Positions 18,915 to 30,172 of a stretch of DNA of 32,000 nucleotides are shown here, piece by piece. Source of the DNA: Dickeya dadantii NCPPB 898 (GTDB lineage: Bacteria; Pseudomonadota; Gammaproteobacteria; Enterobacterales; Enterobacteriaceae); NCBI RefSeq assembly GCF_000406145.1, contig NZ_CM001976.1, positions 2,102,161 through 2,134,160 on the forward strand. Reading direction: 5' to 3'. The position numbers and the translations under genes are program-made. The notes below the pieces were generated by a model. The model saw only the letters and a list, made by a program, of their open reading frames with translations, was not told the DNA's origin and did not search any database. Position 1 is the stretch's first letter. Every line of letters begins with the position of its first letter.

Positions 18915-18962
18915 CAGAAAGGCAAACATCCGGACGCATCGCCTCAGGCGATGACGTGGCTG

Positions 18963-19199
<237 letters not shown>

Positions 19200-19272
19200 T
19201 TACCTTAGTTTTTAACCGGCAAGATAATGCCGAAAAACCCTCATTATGTAAAGGCGCGTAAGTGGCTGCCGC

Positions 19273-20001
19273 TCATTTATCCCCTGCGGGAGGGGTGTCG
19301 ACAACCGGAGCATCAAGGGGTTGCGGATACCAGCAACCGTCGATTAATGCGGTCTGTTGCAGCCGATCCAATGCGTGCAGAAACTCGCGTCGGGGAATGT
19401 CACAGGCACCCAGCGAGGCAGTATGGTCGTTGAGCACCTGGCAATCAATCAACTGCCCGCCGTGGCGCACAAAATGCTGCATAAACGCTGCCAGCGCGTA
19501 TTTGGAGGCGTTATCCGCCCGGCTGAACATTGACTCGCCGCAAAACAGCGCGCCCTGAGCGATGCCGTACAAGCCGCCGACCAACTCGGCGCCACGCCAG
19601 ACCTCGACCGAGTGCGCCAGCCCGGACCGGTGCAACTGAATATAGGCGTGCACGATGTCCCTGCCAATCCAGGTGCCTTCCTCGCGCTCGCTGGCACAGG
19701 CGGAAATCACCGCTTCAAACGCCTGGTTCAGTGTGACCCGATAATCGGTGCGGCGCATGAACTTTTTCATGCTGCGGCTGAGGTGGAACTGTGCCGGGAA
19801 CAACACCGCACGCGGATCCGGACACCACCACAGGATTGGTTCTCCCGGTGAAAACCACGGGAAAATACCCTGACGGTAGGCGCTTAGCAGGCGTTCGGGC
19901 GACAGATCGCCGCCGTAGGCCAGCAGACCGTTGGGATCCCGCAGCGCGGTTTCCGGGTTAGGAAACTGCAGCGAAAACGGGGACAGCTCATACAACAGCA
20001 T
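19273..20001 (-). CDS. aat: Leucyl/phenylalanyl-tRNA--protein transferase
   Basis: It aligns with E. coli Aat (..[44 protein letters not shown]..). The ATG at 20001 is preceded by GAGG at a 5-nt spacing and aligns residue-for-residue with the E. coli N-terminus. The GTG in the ORF track at 20007 is an alternative start. Confidence 0.88.
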   Translation of the reverse strand: MLLYELSPFSLQFPNPETALRDPNGLLAYGGDLSPERLLSAYRQGIFPWFSPGEPILWWCPDPRAVLFPAQFHLSRSMKKFMRRTDYRVTLNQAFEAVISACASEREEGTWIGRDIVHAYIQLHRSGLAHSVEVWRGAELVGGLYGIAQGALFCGESMFSRADNASKYALAAFMQHFVRHGGQLIDCQVLNDHTASLGACDIPRREFLHALDRLQQTALIDGCWYPQPLDAPVVDTPPAGDK

Positions 20002-20013
20002 GCGCACCTCGGC

Positions 20014-21753
20014 CTACAGGTGTTGATGAAATTGCCAGTAGCGTCCCTGCAACGCCATCAGGCTATGATGCGACCCCTGTTCCACCAATTGTCCGCCATC
20101 CATCACGCACAGCCGGTCCATACTTTCCAGCCCGTTCAGCCGATGGGTAATGACGATCAGGGTCTTACCCAGACAATGCTGACGCAATAGCTGCAGTATG
20201 CGCTGTTCGGTATCGGCGTCGAGCCCTTCGGTCGGCTCATCCAGCAATACCAGCGGCGCCGGGTGGAGCAGCGCGCGCGCCACGCCGATACGGCGTTGTT
20301 CGCCGCCGGACAATTGTCGACCCCCTTCGCCCAGCCAGGCGTTTAGCCCTTGATCCTCCAGCAATTTCTCCAGCCCGACCTGCGTTAGCACCGCCTGCAA
20401 CCGCTCGTCGCTGGCCGTGGGAGCCGCCAGCCGCAGATTTTCTCGCAGCGTCGCGCTGAAGATATGCACCCGCTGCGGCACCACGCTCATGGCATCGCGT
20501 AGCGCAGACTCAGGGTAGGCGGCGATCGGCGTATCATTAAGGCGGATTTCGCCGGCGCTGCAGTCCCAGGCGCGGGTCAGCAATTGCAGCAGTGTCGATT
20601 TGCCGCAACCGGTACGTCCCAGTAGCGCGACATGCTCTCCCGGCGCAAGCGTCAGCGAAATATCGCTCAGCGCCGGTTGAGTTTGTTCCGGGTAGGTAAA
20701 GCTCACTTTATCCAGCGTAAGCTGAATCTGTTCCAATTGCGCGGGGCCCTGAGACGGAAAGACAACCGGCGGATGCAATTTCAGTAGCTGATCGACTCGT
20801 GCCGCCGACGCGACGACTTGCCCGATGTGTTGGAATGCGCCTGCGACCGGTGCCAGCGCTTCAAAAGCGGCGAGGGAGGCGAACACGAACAGCGCGATGA
20901 GCGCGCCCGGCTGATGATCGCCGCCAACGCCGCCGCCGGCCAGCCACAGCAATAAGGTGGCGGTCAAGCCGCCAGCGGCAATCATGATGGATTGCGACAG
21001 CGCGCTCAGCCCGGCCTGCTGGCGTTGTCGCTCAAACCAGCGCTGCTCCAGGACTTCCAACTGCTGGCGGAAGTGCGCCAGTGCGCCGAATACCGCCAGT
21101 TCGGCCTGCCCCTGAATCCAGGTGGCCAGTTGTACCCGGTAGTGGGCGCGCAGTGCGGTCAGGTCGGCGCCGATCGGCTGTCCCGCACGATAAAACGTCA
21201 GAGGCAGCAGCACCAGCAACGCCAGCATAATGGCGGCCAACGTTAGCGCCAGTGAGGTATCCAGCCAGCTCAAACCATAAGCCAGCGCCAGAATCACGGC
21301 CAGCGCACTTACCAGCGGCGAGATTACCCGCAGATAGAGATGGTCCAGCGTATCCACATCCGCCACCAGCCGGTTGAGCAGCTCGGCCTGACGAAAACCA
21401 ATCAGCCCGCCGGGCGCCAGCGGTAGGATGCGGCTAAAGGTGAACACACGCAGATGCAGCAGAACGCGGAAGGTGCCGTCGTGACTCACCAGTCGCTCAA
21501 AGTACCGGCTGGCGGTACGCAGAATCGCCGCGCCGCGTACCCCGGCCGCCGGCAGCATATAGTTGAACGTGGTCAGCCCGGCCAGACCGGCGACGGCCGA
21601 GGCCGCCAGAAACCAGCCTGACAGCGTCAACAGACCGATACTGGCGAGCAGAGTAAGAATGGCCAGCACAACACCGAGTCCAAGCCGGAACAGGTGGCGG
21701 CGATACAGCGCCAGAAAGGGTTTTAGTACCTGCATTGCCCGAATCTTTTCCAT
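20014..21753 (-). CDS. cydC: Cysteine/glutathione ABC exporter subunit CydC (cytochrome bd biogenesis)
   Basis: It is collinear with E. coli CydC (..LLASIGLLTLSGWFL.ASAVAG.AGL..FNYMLPAAGVRGAAI.RTA.RYFERLVSHD.TFRVL.HLR..). It has Walker A (GRTGCGKST), the signature LSGGEQRR, and Walker B (LLDEP). The start at 21753 is 1 nt after the cydD stop and has GGAG upstream. The alternative ATG at 21735 gives 573 aa, as in E. coli. Confidence 0.88.
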   Translation of the reverse strand: MEKIRAMQVLKPFLALYRRHLFRLGLGVVLAILTLLASIGLLTLSGWFLAASAVAGLAGLTTFNYMLPAAGVRGAAILRTASRYFERLVSHDGTFRVLLHLRVFTFSRILPLAPGGLIGFRQAELLNRLVADVDTLDHLYLRVISPLVSALAVILALAYGLSWLDTSLALTLAAIMLALLVLLPLTFYRAGQPIGADLTALRAHYRVQLATWIQGQAELAVFGALAHFRQQLEVLEQRWFERQRQQAGLSALSQSIMIAAGGLTATLLLWLAGGGVGGDHQPGALIALFVFASLAAFEALAPVAGAFQHIGQVVASAARVDQLLKLHPPVVFPSQGPAQLEQIQLTLDKVSFTYPEQTQPALSDISLTLAPGEHVALLGRTGCGKSTLLQLLTRAWDCSAGEIRLNDTPIAAYPESALRDAMSVVPQRVHIFSATLRENLRLAAPTASDERLQAVLTQVGLEKLLEDQGLNAWLGEGGRQLSGGEQRRIGVARALLHPAPLVLLDEPTEGLDADTEQRILQLLRQHCLGKTLIVITHRLNGLESMDRLCVMDGGQLVEQGSHHSLMALQGRYWQFHQHL

Positions 21754-21754
21754 C

Positions 21755-23521
21755 TCACAGTTCTCCCCGGCGCTGCGCCAGTAAGTCGGCAAACGGCCCG
21801 GCGGCCTGACTTAGGGTGAGGTAGTCACCCTGCTGGACCAACTGGCCGTTGGCCATGACCCAGATTTCGTCATAGTCCCGAATTTCGCTCAGTTGATGGG
21901 TCACCAGCAACGTGGTCTGAGCGCGCGACGCCTCACTCAACGCGCTCATGACCCGCTGTTCGCTGTGTGCATCAAGGCTGGCTGAGGGTTCGTCCAGCAT
22001 CAATAATCGGCATGGATGCAGCAAGGCGCGAGCCACGGCGACTCGCTGGGCCTGACCGACTGACAGCCGTGCGGCGCCGTCGCCCAACGGTGTGTCCAGC
22101 CCTTGCGGCAGCAGTGACAGAAATTCATGCACGTAGGCACGCTCAAGCGCGTGTTGCAGTGCATGGTCGCTGGCTTCCGGGCGACCCAGCAGTACGTTCT
22201 GGCGCAGCGTGGGTTCCGGCAGATGGGGATTTTGTCCCACCCAGCTCAGGTGCTGCCGCCATGACGCGGGCGACAGGGTACGCAACTCTTCGCCATTGAT
22301 CGTCAGCGAGCCGCGATAGGGCAGGAAACCCAGCAGCAGGTTCAGTAGCGAGCTTTTCCCGGCGCCGCTGGGACCGACCAGCGCGACCCGTTGCCCGGCG
22401 TCCAGTTTGAAGGTAAGCGGCCCTGCCAGCGTTTTGCCTGAGGGTGACAGAATAATCAGCTCATGGGCTATCAGTGTGACCGGCGTATCGCTTTGAAATG
22501 GGCGGGTGCCGGCGCCGGTTTCCTCGTTTTCGGCCGTCATGAAACGGTGCAAGGCTTCCGCCGCCCCGACCGCCTGGGCTTTAGCGTGGTAAAACGTACC
22601 GAGATCGCGCAGCGGCTGAAAGAACTCCGGCGCCAGAATCAGCACCAGAAAACCGGCAAACAGCGTGACGCCGACGCCGTAGCTGCCGAAATTCAATTCG
22701 CCGAGGTAGGAGAACCCGAAATAAACCGCTACCACCGCGATCGAAATTGAAGCGAAGAATTCCAGCACGCCGGAAGACAGAAAGGCCATGCGCAGCACTT
22801 CCATGGTGCGGTTGCGAAATTGTTCCGACGCCTGACGAATCTGTTCGGTTTCCGCCTCGCCGCGATAGAACAGGCGCAGGGTATCCAGACCGCGCAGTCG
22901 ATCAAGAAAATTACCGCTCAGCCGGGCCAGCGCCTGAAAATTGCGGCGGTTGGCGTCGGCGGCGCCCATGCCGACCATCGCCATGAACAGCGGAATCAAC
23001 GGCGCGGTGGCGAACAGAATCACCCCCGCGGCCCAGTTCACCGGAAACACGATAATCAGGATCAGCACCGGAATCAGCACGGCCAGATACATCTGGGGCA
23101 GATAGCGGGCGTAGTAATCGTGCATATCGTCCACCTGCTCCAGTATCAGCGTGGCCCAACTGCCGGCCGGTTTCCCCTGAATCCAGGCCGGGCCCAGTTG
23201 CTGCAGCCGGTCCAGCACCTGCTGGCGGATATGCTGGCGAATCGTCTGACCGCAACGAAAACCGACGCGTTCCCGTATCCAGTTGATCAATGCCCGGAGT
23301 ACGAATGTCATCGCCAGCAGCAAAAACGTTGTGGTCAATTCGTTGCGCGGCGTGTGGGCGATAATCAGGGCGTGCAGCAGTGAGGCCAGTAACCAGGCCT
23401 GCGCCATAATCAGCAGGCCGCTTGCCAGGCCGAGCATCAGTGATAGTCGTAGCCAGCGGTGCGCCAGACGGCTTTGCTGTTTCAGCCAGCGGGTCAGTTC
23501 TCGTTGTCGGGTATCTTTCAT
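21755..23521 (-). CDS. cydD: Cysteine/glutathione ABC exporter subunit CydD
   Basis: MKDTRQRELTRWLKQQS matches E. coli CydD (MNKSRQKELTRWLKQQS), and the product is 588 aa as in E. coli. It has Walker A (GPSGAGKSS), LSVGQAQR, and LLMLDEP. The 31 upstream codons in the ORF track were rejected. Confidence 0.92.
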   Translation of the reverse strand: MKDTRQRELTRWLKQQSRLAHRWLRLSLMLGLASGLLIMAQAWLLASLLHALIIAHTPRNELTTTFLLLAMTFVLRALINWIRERVGFRCGQTIRQHIRQQVLDRLQQLGPAWIQGKPAGSWATLILEQVDDMHDYYARYLPQMYLAVLIPVLILIIVFPVNWAAGVILFATAPLIPLFMAMVGMGAADANRRNFQALARLSGNFLDRLRGLDTLRLFYRGEAETEQIRQASEQFRNRTMEVLRMAFLSSGVLEFFASISIAVVAVYFGFSYLGELNFGSYGVGVTLFAGFLVLILAPEFFQPLRDLGTFYHAKAQAVGAAEALHRFMTAENEETGAGTRPFQSDTPVTLIAHELIILSPSGKTLAGPLTFKLDAGQRVALVGPSGAGKSSLLNLLLGFLPYRGSLTINGEELRTLSPASWRQHLSWVGQNPHLPEPTLRQNVLLGRPEASDHALQHALERAYVHEFLSLLPQGLDTPLGDGAARLSVGQAQRVAVARALLHPCRLLMLDEPSASLDAHSEQRVMSALSEASRAQTTLLVTHQLSEIRDYDEIWVMANGQLVQQGDYLTLSQAAGPFADLLAQRRGEL

Positions 23522-23698
23522 CAGGTGCCGATCGCTTCCAGTTGATACATGAAAATAACGCTTATATAACCGCCACTTAACACAATTGTGAGCGTAACGG
23601 CTGCGATGCGCCATGTTACCGCGGCGGCGGGGTTGTGCAAACGAAAAGCAGACGACGGAATAGGGTGTCGATCAATTTTTGCAATGACCAACGGCAAT

Positions 23699-23726
23699 AA
23701 AAAACCCGGACGCGATCACGTCCGGG
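23699..23726 (-). terminator. Rho-independent terminator of trxB
   Basis: The minus strand reads CCCGGACG-TGATCG-CGTCCGGG followed by TTTTTT, 24 nt after the trxB stop. Confidence 0.85.
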
Positions 23727-23749
23727 TTGGCATTAACGGTAATCAGAGC

Positions 23750-24790
<1,041 letters not shown>

Positions 24791-25206
24791 CTATCGGTTC
24801 AATCGTTACGAAAGGTTGACAGGGGACCGCTTATAACCTGACGGCGGGCGGGTAACGTGTGAAAACGCTGCCCGAATAGACCGTCAGGCGCGAATCTGGC
24901 ACTTTCTTCTGATTTTAATTGTTTTACTTTGACAATCGGCTGCGCTTTTGCGAAAACATCCTTGGAAGAGGAAATATTTTGTATGTGAATAGTTAAATGC
25001 TCCGGCTTTTATGCGTTTGGGGTCTAGAGCGGCGGCGTTGTCTGCCGATGGATAACCGGCGTTTCACGAGGTTTCCGGGAGGCGCGGTCGGAACAGTTAA
25101 TGAACACACTACAAAAGGCAGGGGTCTTCTTTAGGGGTGGCTCTGGTACATTGAGGTTGGTCAGAGACAGCGGTTAAACAGGGAAGGATGAAGAGAGACA
25201 ATAAGA

Positions 25207-25701
25207 ATGGTAGACACGAAAAAACGTCCGGGAAAAGATCTTGATCGTATCGATCGCAATATCCTGAACGAATTGCAAAAAGATGGACGTATCTCCAATG
25301 TGGAGCTTTCCAAGCGAGTCGGCCTTTCGCCAACTCCTTGTCTGGAGCGCGTTCGTCGTCTGGAACGACAGGGTTTTATCAATGGTTATACCGCGCTGCT
25401 GAACCCGCATTATCTGGATGCGTCATTGCTGGTGTTCGTCGAGATCACCCTCAACCGCGGCGCGCCGGATGTGTTTGAACAGTTCAACGCAGCCGTGCAG
25501 AAGCTTGAGGAAATTCAGGAGTGTCATCTGGTTTCCGGGGATTTTGACTATTTGCTCAAAACCCGCGTGCCGGATATGTCGGCATACCGTAAGTTGCTGG
25601 GAGAAACGCTGTTGCGTCTGCCGGGCGTAAACGATACCCGCACCTATGTGGTGATGGAAGAAGTGAAGCAAAGCAACCGGCTGGTCATCAAGACCCGCTG
25701 A
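25207..25701 (+). CDS. lrp: Leucine-responsive regulatory protein Lrp
   Basis: The 164-aa product begins MVDTKKRPGKDLDRIDRNILNELQKDGRISNVELSKRVGLSPTPCLERVRRLERQGFI and is nearly identical to E. coli Lrp. Confidence 0.97.
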   Translation: MVDTKKRPGKDLDRIDRNILNELQKDGRISNVELSKRVGLSPTPCLERVRRLERQGFINGYTALLNPHYLDASLLVFVEITLNRGAPDVFEQFNAAVQKLEEIQECHLVSGDFDYLLKTRVPDMSAYRKLLGETLLRLPGVNDTRTYVVMEEVKQSNRLVIKTR

Positions 25702-25739
25702 CGGCAAGGGTGCATAACCCGATAAATTCAGCTACACTC

Positions 25740-25755
25740 CTGTGAATATGTACAG
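25740..25755 (+). promoter_or_regulatory. LexA (SOS) box upstream of ftsK
   Basis: CTGTGAATATGTACAG is a perfect CTGT-N8-ACAG core, 64 bp upstream of the ftsK start. E. coli ftsK has an SOS-inducible promoter (dinH) at the equivalent position. Confidence 0.75.
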
Positions 25756-25818
25756 TATGGCGCCGGGGAAGACTCGGCGCTTTATCATGAAACATTTACA
25801 GGGAACCTGGAGAGACGC

Positions 25819-28800
25819 TTGAGCCAGGAATATACAGAAGATAAAGACGTCACGCTGAAAAAACTCAGCGCGGGTCGACGTTTACTGGAAGCGATGTTAA
25901 TCGTTGTGGTGCTTTTTGCCATTTATCTGGCGGTGGCGCTGCTGAGTTTCAGTCCCTCGGATCCTAGCTGGTCGCAAACCGCCTGGCATGAACCGATTCA
26001 CAATCTGGGGGGCGGGGTAGGCGCCTGGCTGGCGGACACCCTGTTTTTCATTTTCGGCGTACTGGCATATGCCATTCCCGTGGTGATGGTGTCGTTGTGC
26101 TGGGTGATTCATCGCCAGCGCGGCCAACGCGCCACGCTGGATTACTTTACCCTTTCACTGCGCCTGATCGGCACGCTGGCCCTGATTCTGACCTCGTGCG
26201 GGCTGGCGGCGCTCAACGTGGATGACATCTACTATTTTGCCTCCGGCGGGGTGCTGGGCAGTTTGCTCAGTAGCTCGATGATTCCGCGCTTCAATAACAT
26301 TGGCGGCACCATGATTCTGCTGTGCGTCTGGGCCGCCGGGCTGACGCTGTTCACCGGCTGGTCCTGGTTGACGATCGCAGAAAAACTCGGCGCCGGGGTG
26401 ATGGGGTGTTTGACGCTGTTTTCCGGCCGTCGGCGTGAAGATGACTATCTTTACGACGATGACGACGAAGATATTGATGAATCACCGGCAGAGGCGCGAA
26501 AAGACGCCCATCGTACAGCCGCGCCTCACGAAACAGAACCCGCTGCTATATCGTCATCATCGTCATCGGCAGAGGAAGATGACGATGACGTGCTGTTTTC
26601 CGCCCCGGGCGTGACGGCGACGTCAGGCGCGGTTGCCGCCGCCGCATCAGTAGCCGCCGAGATGCCGACTGCAGACGAGGCGAGTGAGCGTGCATTTGCC
26701 ACTGCGGCAGCGCCTGATGCGGAGCCGGTATTGAAGCCACATCCTGAACCGATAGCCGTTACGCCGTTCGCCGAGCCTGAATCCTATGTTCCGCCGGTTG
26801 CAACGCCTGCGCCTGAATTCAGACCGGGGGTTGATATCTCGGCGGTATCGCCGTTGACGCCGGCGTCCGCGGGAATCATGCCCGCGCCAGTTAACCTTGC
26901 TTCATCACTGTCTGAACCATTGCCTGACTGGCAACCGCTGACCGTGCAGGCTGACGATCGCATCGCCCGTACGGCTGCTGCGGCGGTCACGGCGGCGACG
27001 ATCGTTTCGGGAAGCGCTGAAGCTGCCCCGGCACCGAAATCGGAATCGCAGAATGCGACGCTGTTCATGCCGGCGTTTACCACCGATGAAGACAACAACC
27101 CGCAGGTCAAGCGTGGTATGGGGCCGGAATTGCCGCGACCAAATCCGGTGCGTATTCCCACCCGCCGTGAACTGGCATCGTACGGGATCAAACTGCCTTC
27201 GCAGCGACTGGCCGAACAGCAGGCCCGTGAGGCGGAGCAACAGGCGCAGTCCACCCACGTTGAGCAAACCGGCGCGTTGACGCCATTTGCCGCGCACGCG
27301 CCTTTGCCGGACGACGAGACCGCGCAGACGGCGCTGCCTGAGGATGAGCAAGATGCGTTGATACAAGACGCGGCGTTGCGGCAGGCGTTTGCCGACCAGC
27401 AACGCGAACGCTACGGCGAGAGCTATCCCGATCATGAAGAAGATGAGGAAACGCTGTTGCAGGCACAGCTGGCGCGTGATTTTGCCGACATGCAGCGTTC
27501 CCGCTACGCAGAAGAGCGTGAGCTGGATACGAAGCAGGATGAGCCGGCGATTTTTGCGGCTGAACCGCCCGCGCTGACGCCCGCTGTTGCAGAAACCAGA
27601 CAGCCTGACCTGAAGCCTAAAACCGAGTCCCCGCTGGACAGCGCCTTCGCCATTTCGCCCTTTGCCGATCTGGTGGATGACGGTCCGGTAGAGCCGCTGT
27701 TTACGCTGCCGCCGCAGGAAAGTTTCCCGGATGAACCGCGGTACGTTCAATCGTCTGCGTTGCAGACCGTCGCACCGATTGAATATGAAGCGGAAGCCGA
27801 ATCGCCGTCGTCAATTATGGACAGCCTGATTCACCCGTTCCTGATGCGTAATGATCAGCCGTTGCATAAACCGACGACGCCATTGCCGTCGCTGGACCTG
27901 CTGACGCCGCCTTCCATGAACGACGCGCCGGTGGACCGTGACGCGCTGGATGACATGGCGCGCCTGATCGAAACCCGGCTGGCGGATTACCGCGTCAAAG
28001 CCACGGTGGTGGATTACCACCCGGGGCCGGTGATCACGCGATTTGAGCTGGATCTGGCACCGGGCGTCAAGGCGGCCCGCATCTCCAATCTGGCCAGAGA
28101 TCTGGCGCGTTCATTGTCGGTCGTGGCGGTGCGTATTGTTGAGGTTATCCCCGGCAAACCCTACGTCGGTCTTGAGCTGCCAAATCGTCATCGCCAGACG
28201 GTATTCCTGCGGGAAGTGCTGGATTGCGACCGATTCCGCGACAACGCTTCGCCGCTGGCGATAGTGCTCGGTAAGGACATTTCCGGGCAGCCGGTGGTGG
28301 CCGATCTGGCGAAAATGCCGCACCTGCTGGTGGCGGGTACCACCGGTTCCGGTAAGTCGGTCGGCGTCAACGCCATGATTATCAGCATGCTGTACAAGGC
28401 GACGCCGGCGGATGTGCGTTTCATTATGATCGACCCGAAAATGCTGGAACTGTCGGTGTATGAGGGGATTCCGCATCTGCTTACCGAAGTCGTGACGGAC
28501 ATGAAAGACGCCGCCAATGCTTTGCGCTGGTGTGTGGGGGAGATGGAGCGTCGCTACAAGCTGATGTCGGCGCTTGGCGTGCGTAACCTCAGCGGTTATA
28601 ACGAGCGCGTGATGCAGGCGGAAGCGATGGGACGTCCGGTGCCTGATCCGTTCTGGAAGCCGGGTGACAGCATGGATACTCAGCCGCCGGTATTGGAAAA
28701 GCTGCCGTATATCGTGGTGATGGTGGACGAGTTCGCCGACCTGATGATGGCGGTGGGCAAAAAAGTGGAAGAGCTGATCGCTCGTCTGGCTCAGAAGGCG

Positions 28801-29358
28801 CGCGCCGCCGGGATTCATCTGGTGCTGGCGACGCAGCGCCCGTCGGTGGATGTCATTACTGGCCTTATCAAGGCCAATATTCCTACCCGTATCGCTTTTA
28901 CCGTATCAAGCAAGATCGACTCACGCACTATCCTCGATCAGGGCGGTGCGGAGTCGCTGCTTGGGATGGGGGATATGCTGTACATGGCGCCTAACTCCTC
29001 AATTCCGATTCGTGTTCACGGCGCGTTCGTACGCGATCAGGAAGTGCATGCCGTGGTACAGGACTGGAAGGCGCGCGGTCGTCCGGAGTATATCGATAAC
29101 ATTATCAGCGGCGATGACGACGGCGAGGGCGGCAGCCTTGGCTTTGATGGCGACGAAGATCTGGATCCGCTGTTTGATCAGGCGGTGGCTTTTGTGGTGG
29201 AAAAACGTCGCGCTTCGATTTCCGGGGTGCAGCGTCAGTTCCGCATCGGCTATAACCGCGCGGCCCGCATTGTCGAGCAGATGGAGATGCAGGGCATTGT
29301 CAGCGCTCCTGGCCATAACGGCAATCGCGAGGTGCTGGCGCCGCCGCCGATGGAGTAA
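25819..29358 (+). CDS. ftsK: DNA translocase FtsK (N-terminal membrane domain, long acidic linker, C-terminal alpha/beta/gamma motor)
   Basis: A TTG start gives [25 protein letters not shown], matching E. coli MSQEYIEDKEVTLTKLSSGRRLLEA. The C-terminal motor is nearly identical to E. coli ([31 protein letters not shown]), as is the gamma domain ([15 protein letters not shown]). GGAG lies 7 nt upstream of the start. Confidence 0.95.
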   Translation: MSQEYTEDKDVTLKKLSAGRRLLEAMLIVVVLFAIYLAVALLSFSPSDPSWSQTAWHEPIHNLGGGVGAWLADTLFFIFGVLAYAIPVVMVSLCWVIHRQRGQRATLDYFTLSLRLIGTLALILTSCGLAALNVDDIYYFASGGVLGSLLSSSMIPRFNNIGGTMILLCVWAAGLTLFTGWSWLTIAEKLGAGVMGCLTLFSGRRREDDYLYDDDDEDIDESPAEARKDAHRTAAPHETEPAAISSSSSSAEEDDDDVLFSAPGVTATSGAVAAAASVAAEMPTADEASERAFATAAAPDAEPVLKPHPEPIAVTPFAEPESYVPPVATPAPEFRPGVDISAVSPLTPASAGIMPAPVNLASSLSEPLPDWQPLTVQADDRIARTAAAAVTAATIVSGSAEAAPAPKSESQNATLFMPAFTTDEDNNPQVKRGMGPELPRPNPVRIPTRRELASYGIKLPSQRLAEQQAREAEQQAQSTHVEQTGALTPFAAHAPLPDDETAQTALPEDEQDALIQDAALRQAFADQQRERYGESYPDHEEDEETLLQAQLARDFADMQRSRYAEERELDTKQDEPAIFAAEPPALTPAVAETRQPDLKPKTESPLDSAFAISPFADLVDDGPVEPLFTLPPQESFPDEPRYVQSSALQTVAPIEYEAEAESPSSIMDSLIHPFLMRNDQPLHKPTTPLPSLDLLTPPSMNDAPVDRDALDDMARLIETRLADYRVKATVVDYHPGPVITRFELDLAPGVKAARISNLARDLARSLSVVAVRIVEVIPGKPYVGLELPNRHRQTVFLREVLDCDRFRDNASPLAIVLGKDISGQPVVADLAKMPHLLVAGTTGSGKSVGVNAMIISMLYKATPADVRFIMIDPKMLELSVYEGIPHLLTEVVTDMKDAANALRWCVGEMERRYKLMSALGVRNLSGYNERVMQAEAMGRPVPDPFWKPGDSMDTQPPVLEKLPYIVVMVDEFADLMMAVGKKVEELIARLAQKARAAGIHLVLATQRPSVDVITGLIKANIPTRIAFTVSSKIDSRTILDQGGAESLLGMGDMLYMAPNSSIPIRVHGAFVRDQEVHAVVQDWKARGRPEYIDNIISGDDDGEGGSLGFDGDEDLDPLFDQAVAFVVEKRRASISGVQRQFRIGYNRAARIVEQMEMQGIVSAPGHNGNREVLAPPPME

Positions 29359-29450
29359 TGTTCGGCGCGGTGTATGTCCCTGCAAAGAAGCGTAAAAATA
29401 TTGGATAACAGACAATTCGCCTGTCATGCCATGCCCGGCTGGGCTACATT

Positions 29451-29498
29451 AGCGTTCAACTGAAGCAGCGTTTAACTGAAGTAGCGTTCAACTGAAAT
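29451..29498. repeat. 3 x 16-bp tandem repeat AGCGTTYAACTGAAGY
   Basis: Read directly from the sequence: AGCGTTCAACTGAAGC at 29451-29466, AGCGTTTAACTGAAGT at 29467-29482, and AGCGTTCAACTGAAAT at 29483-29498. The array is immediately followed by the hairpin CGGCTCCC-GTC-GGGAGCCG at 29499-29517. Confidence 0.9.
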
Positions 29499-29550
29499 CG
29501 GCTCCCGTCGGGAGCCGCGATGCGGTAAGAGCACGCAAAGGATTTTTTGT

Positions 29551-30165
29551 ATGATAAGAACAGGATTGATAGCTGGTTGTTTACTGACCAGCCTGGTTTC
29601 CGGCGTAGTCTATGCCGATGCGGCCGGTGATTTACAGAGTCGTTTGAGTAAAGTGAACAGCTTCCACGCCAGCTTCACGCAAAAAGTCACCGCCAATGAT
29701 GGTGCTGCGGTGCAGGAAGGCGCTGGTGAACTGTGGGTAAAACGCCCGAATCTGTTTAACTGGAAAACTACCTCACCGGACGAAAGTACGCTGGTGTCCG
29801 ATGGTAAAACACTGTGGTTTTATAACCCGTTCGTCGAACAGGTGACGGCAACCTGGGTGAAGGATGCGACTGGCAATACGCCGTTCATTCTGATTACCCG
29901 CAACGATCCGAAAGACTGGGGTAAATACAATGTGAGCCAGAAAGGGGATGACTTCGACCTGACTCCCCGCGCGGCTAACGGCAATCTGAAACAGTTTTCC
30001 ATCAACGTGAGCAGCGACGGCACGATCCATGGATTTACCGCCACCGAACAGGATGGGCAGCGCAGCGCCTATACGCTGAAGAATCAGCAAAATGGCGAGG
30101 CGGATGCCGCGAAGTTCCGCTTTACGCCGCCGAAAGGCGTAGCGGTGGACGACCAGCGTCAGTGA
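29551..30165 (+). CDS. lolA: Outer-membrane lipoprotein carrier protein LolA
   Basis: The 204-aa ORF has a signal peptide. It contains ..[11 protein letters not shown]...[19 protein letters not shown]....[36 protein letters not shown].., matching E. coli LolA. Confidence 0.93.
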   Translation: MIRTGLIAGCLLTSLVSGVVYADAAGDLQSRLSKVNSFHASFTQKVTANDGAAVQEGAGELWVKRPNLFNWKTTSPDESTLVSDGKTLWFYNPFVEQVTATWVKDATGNTPFILITRNDPKDWGKYNVSQKGDDFDLTPRAANGNLKQFSINVSSDGTIHGFTATEQDGQRSAYTLKNQQNGEADAAKFRFTPPKGVAVDDQRQ

Positions 30166-30172
30166 GGCGTGT

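Noticed and set aside
18731-18962. Expected tRNA-Ser (serW) between clpA and infA, as in E. coli K-12.
   Set aside because: No cloverleaf-compatible sequence and no conserved T-arm (GGTTCGAATCC) or acceptor-stem sequence is visible. The spacer holds only two terminator hairpins and short repeats. This needs tRNAscan-SE to be formally excluded.
23584-23598. A lac-operator-like sequence, AATTGTGAGCGTAAC, in the cydD upstream region (11 of 11 match to the left half of lacO1).
   Set aside because: Only one half-site is present with no symmetric partner. There is no lacI or lac genes nearby. A single 11-mer match is plausible by chance or reflects an unrelated LacI/GalR-type half-site. It is not enough to call a regulatory site.
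25109-25410. Three overlapping 73-78-aa minus-strand ORFs across the lrp start region.
   Set aside because: They overlap the highly conserved lrp coding sequence and leader, have no ribosome-binding sites, and have no recognisable protein features.
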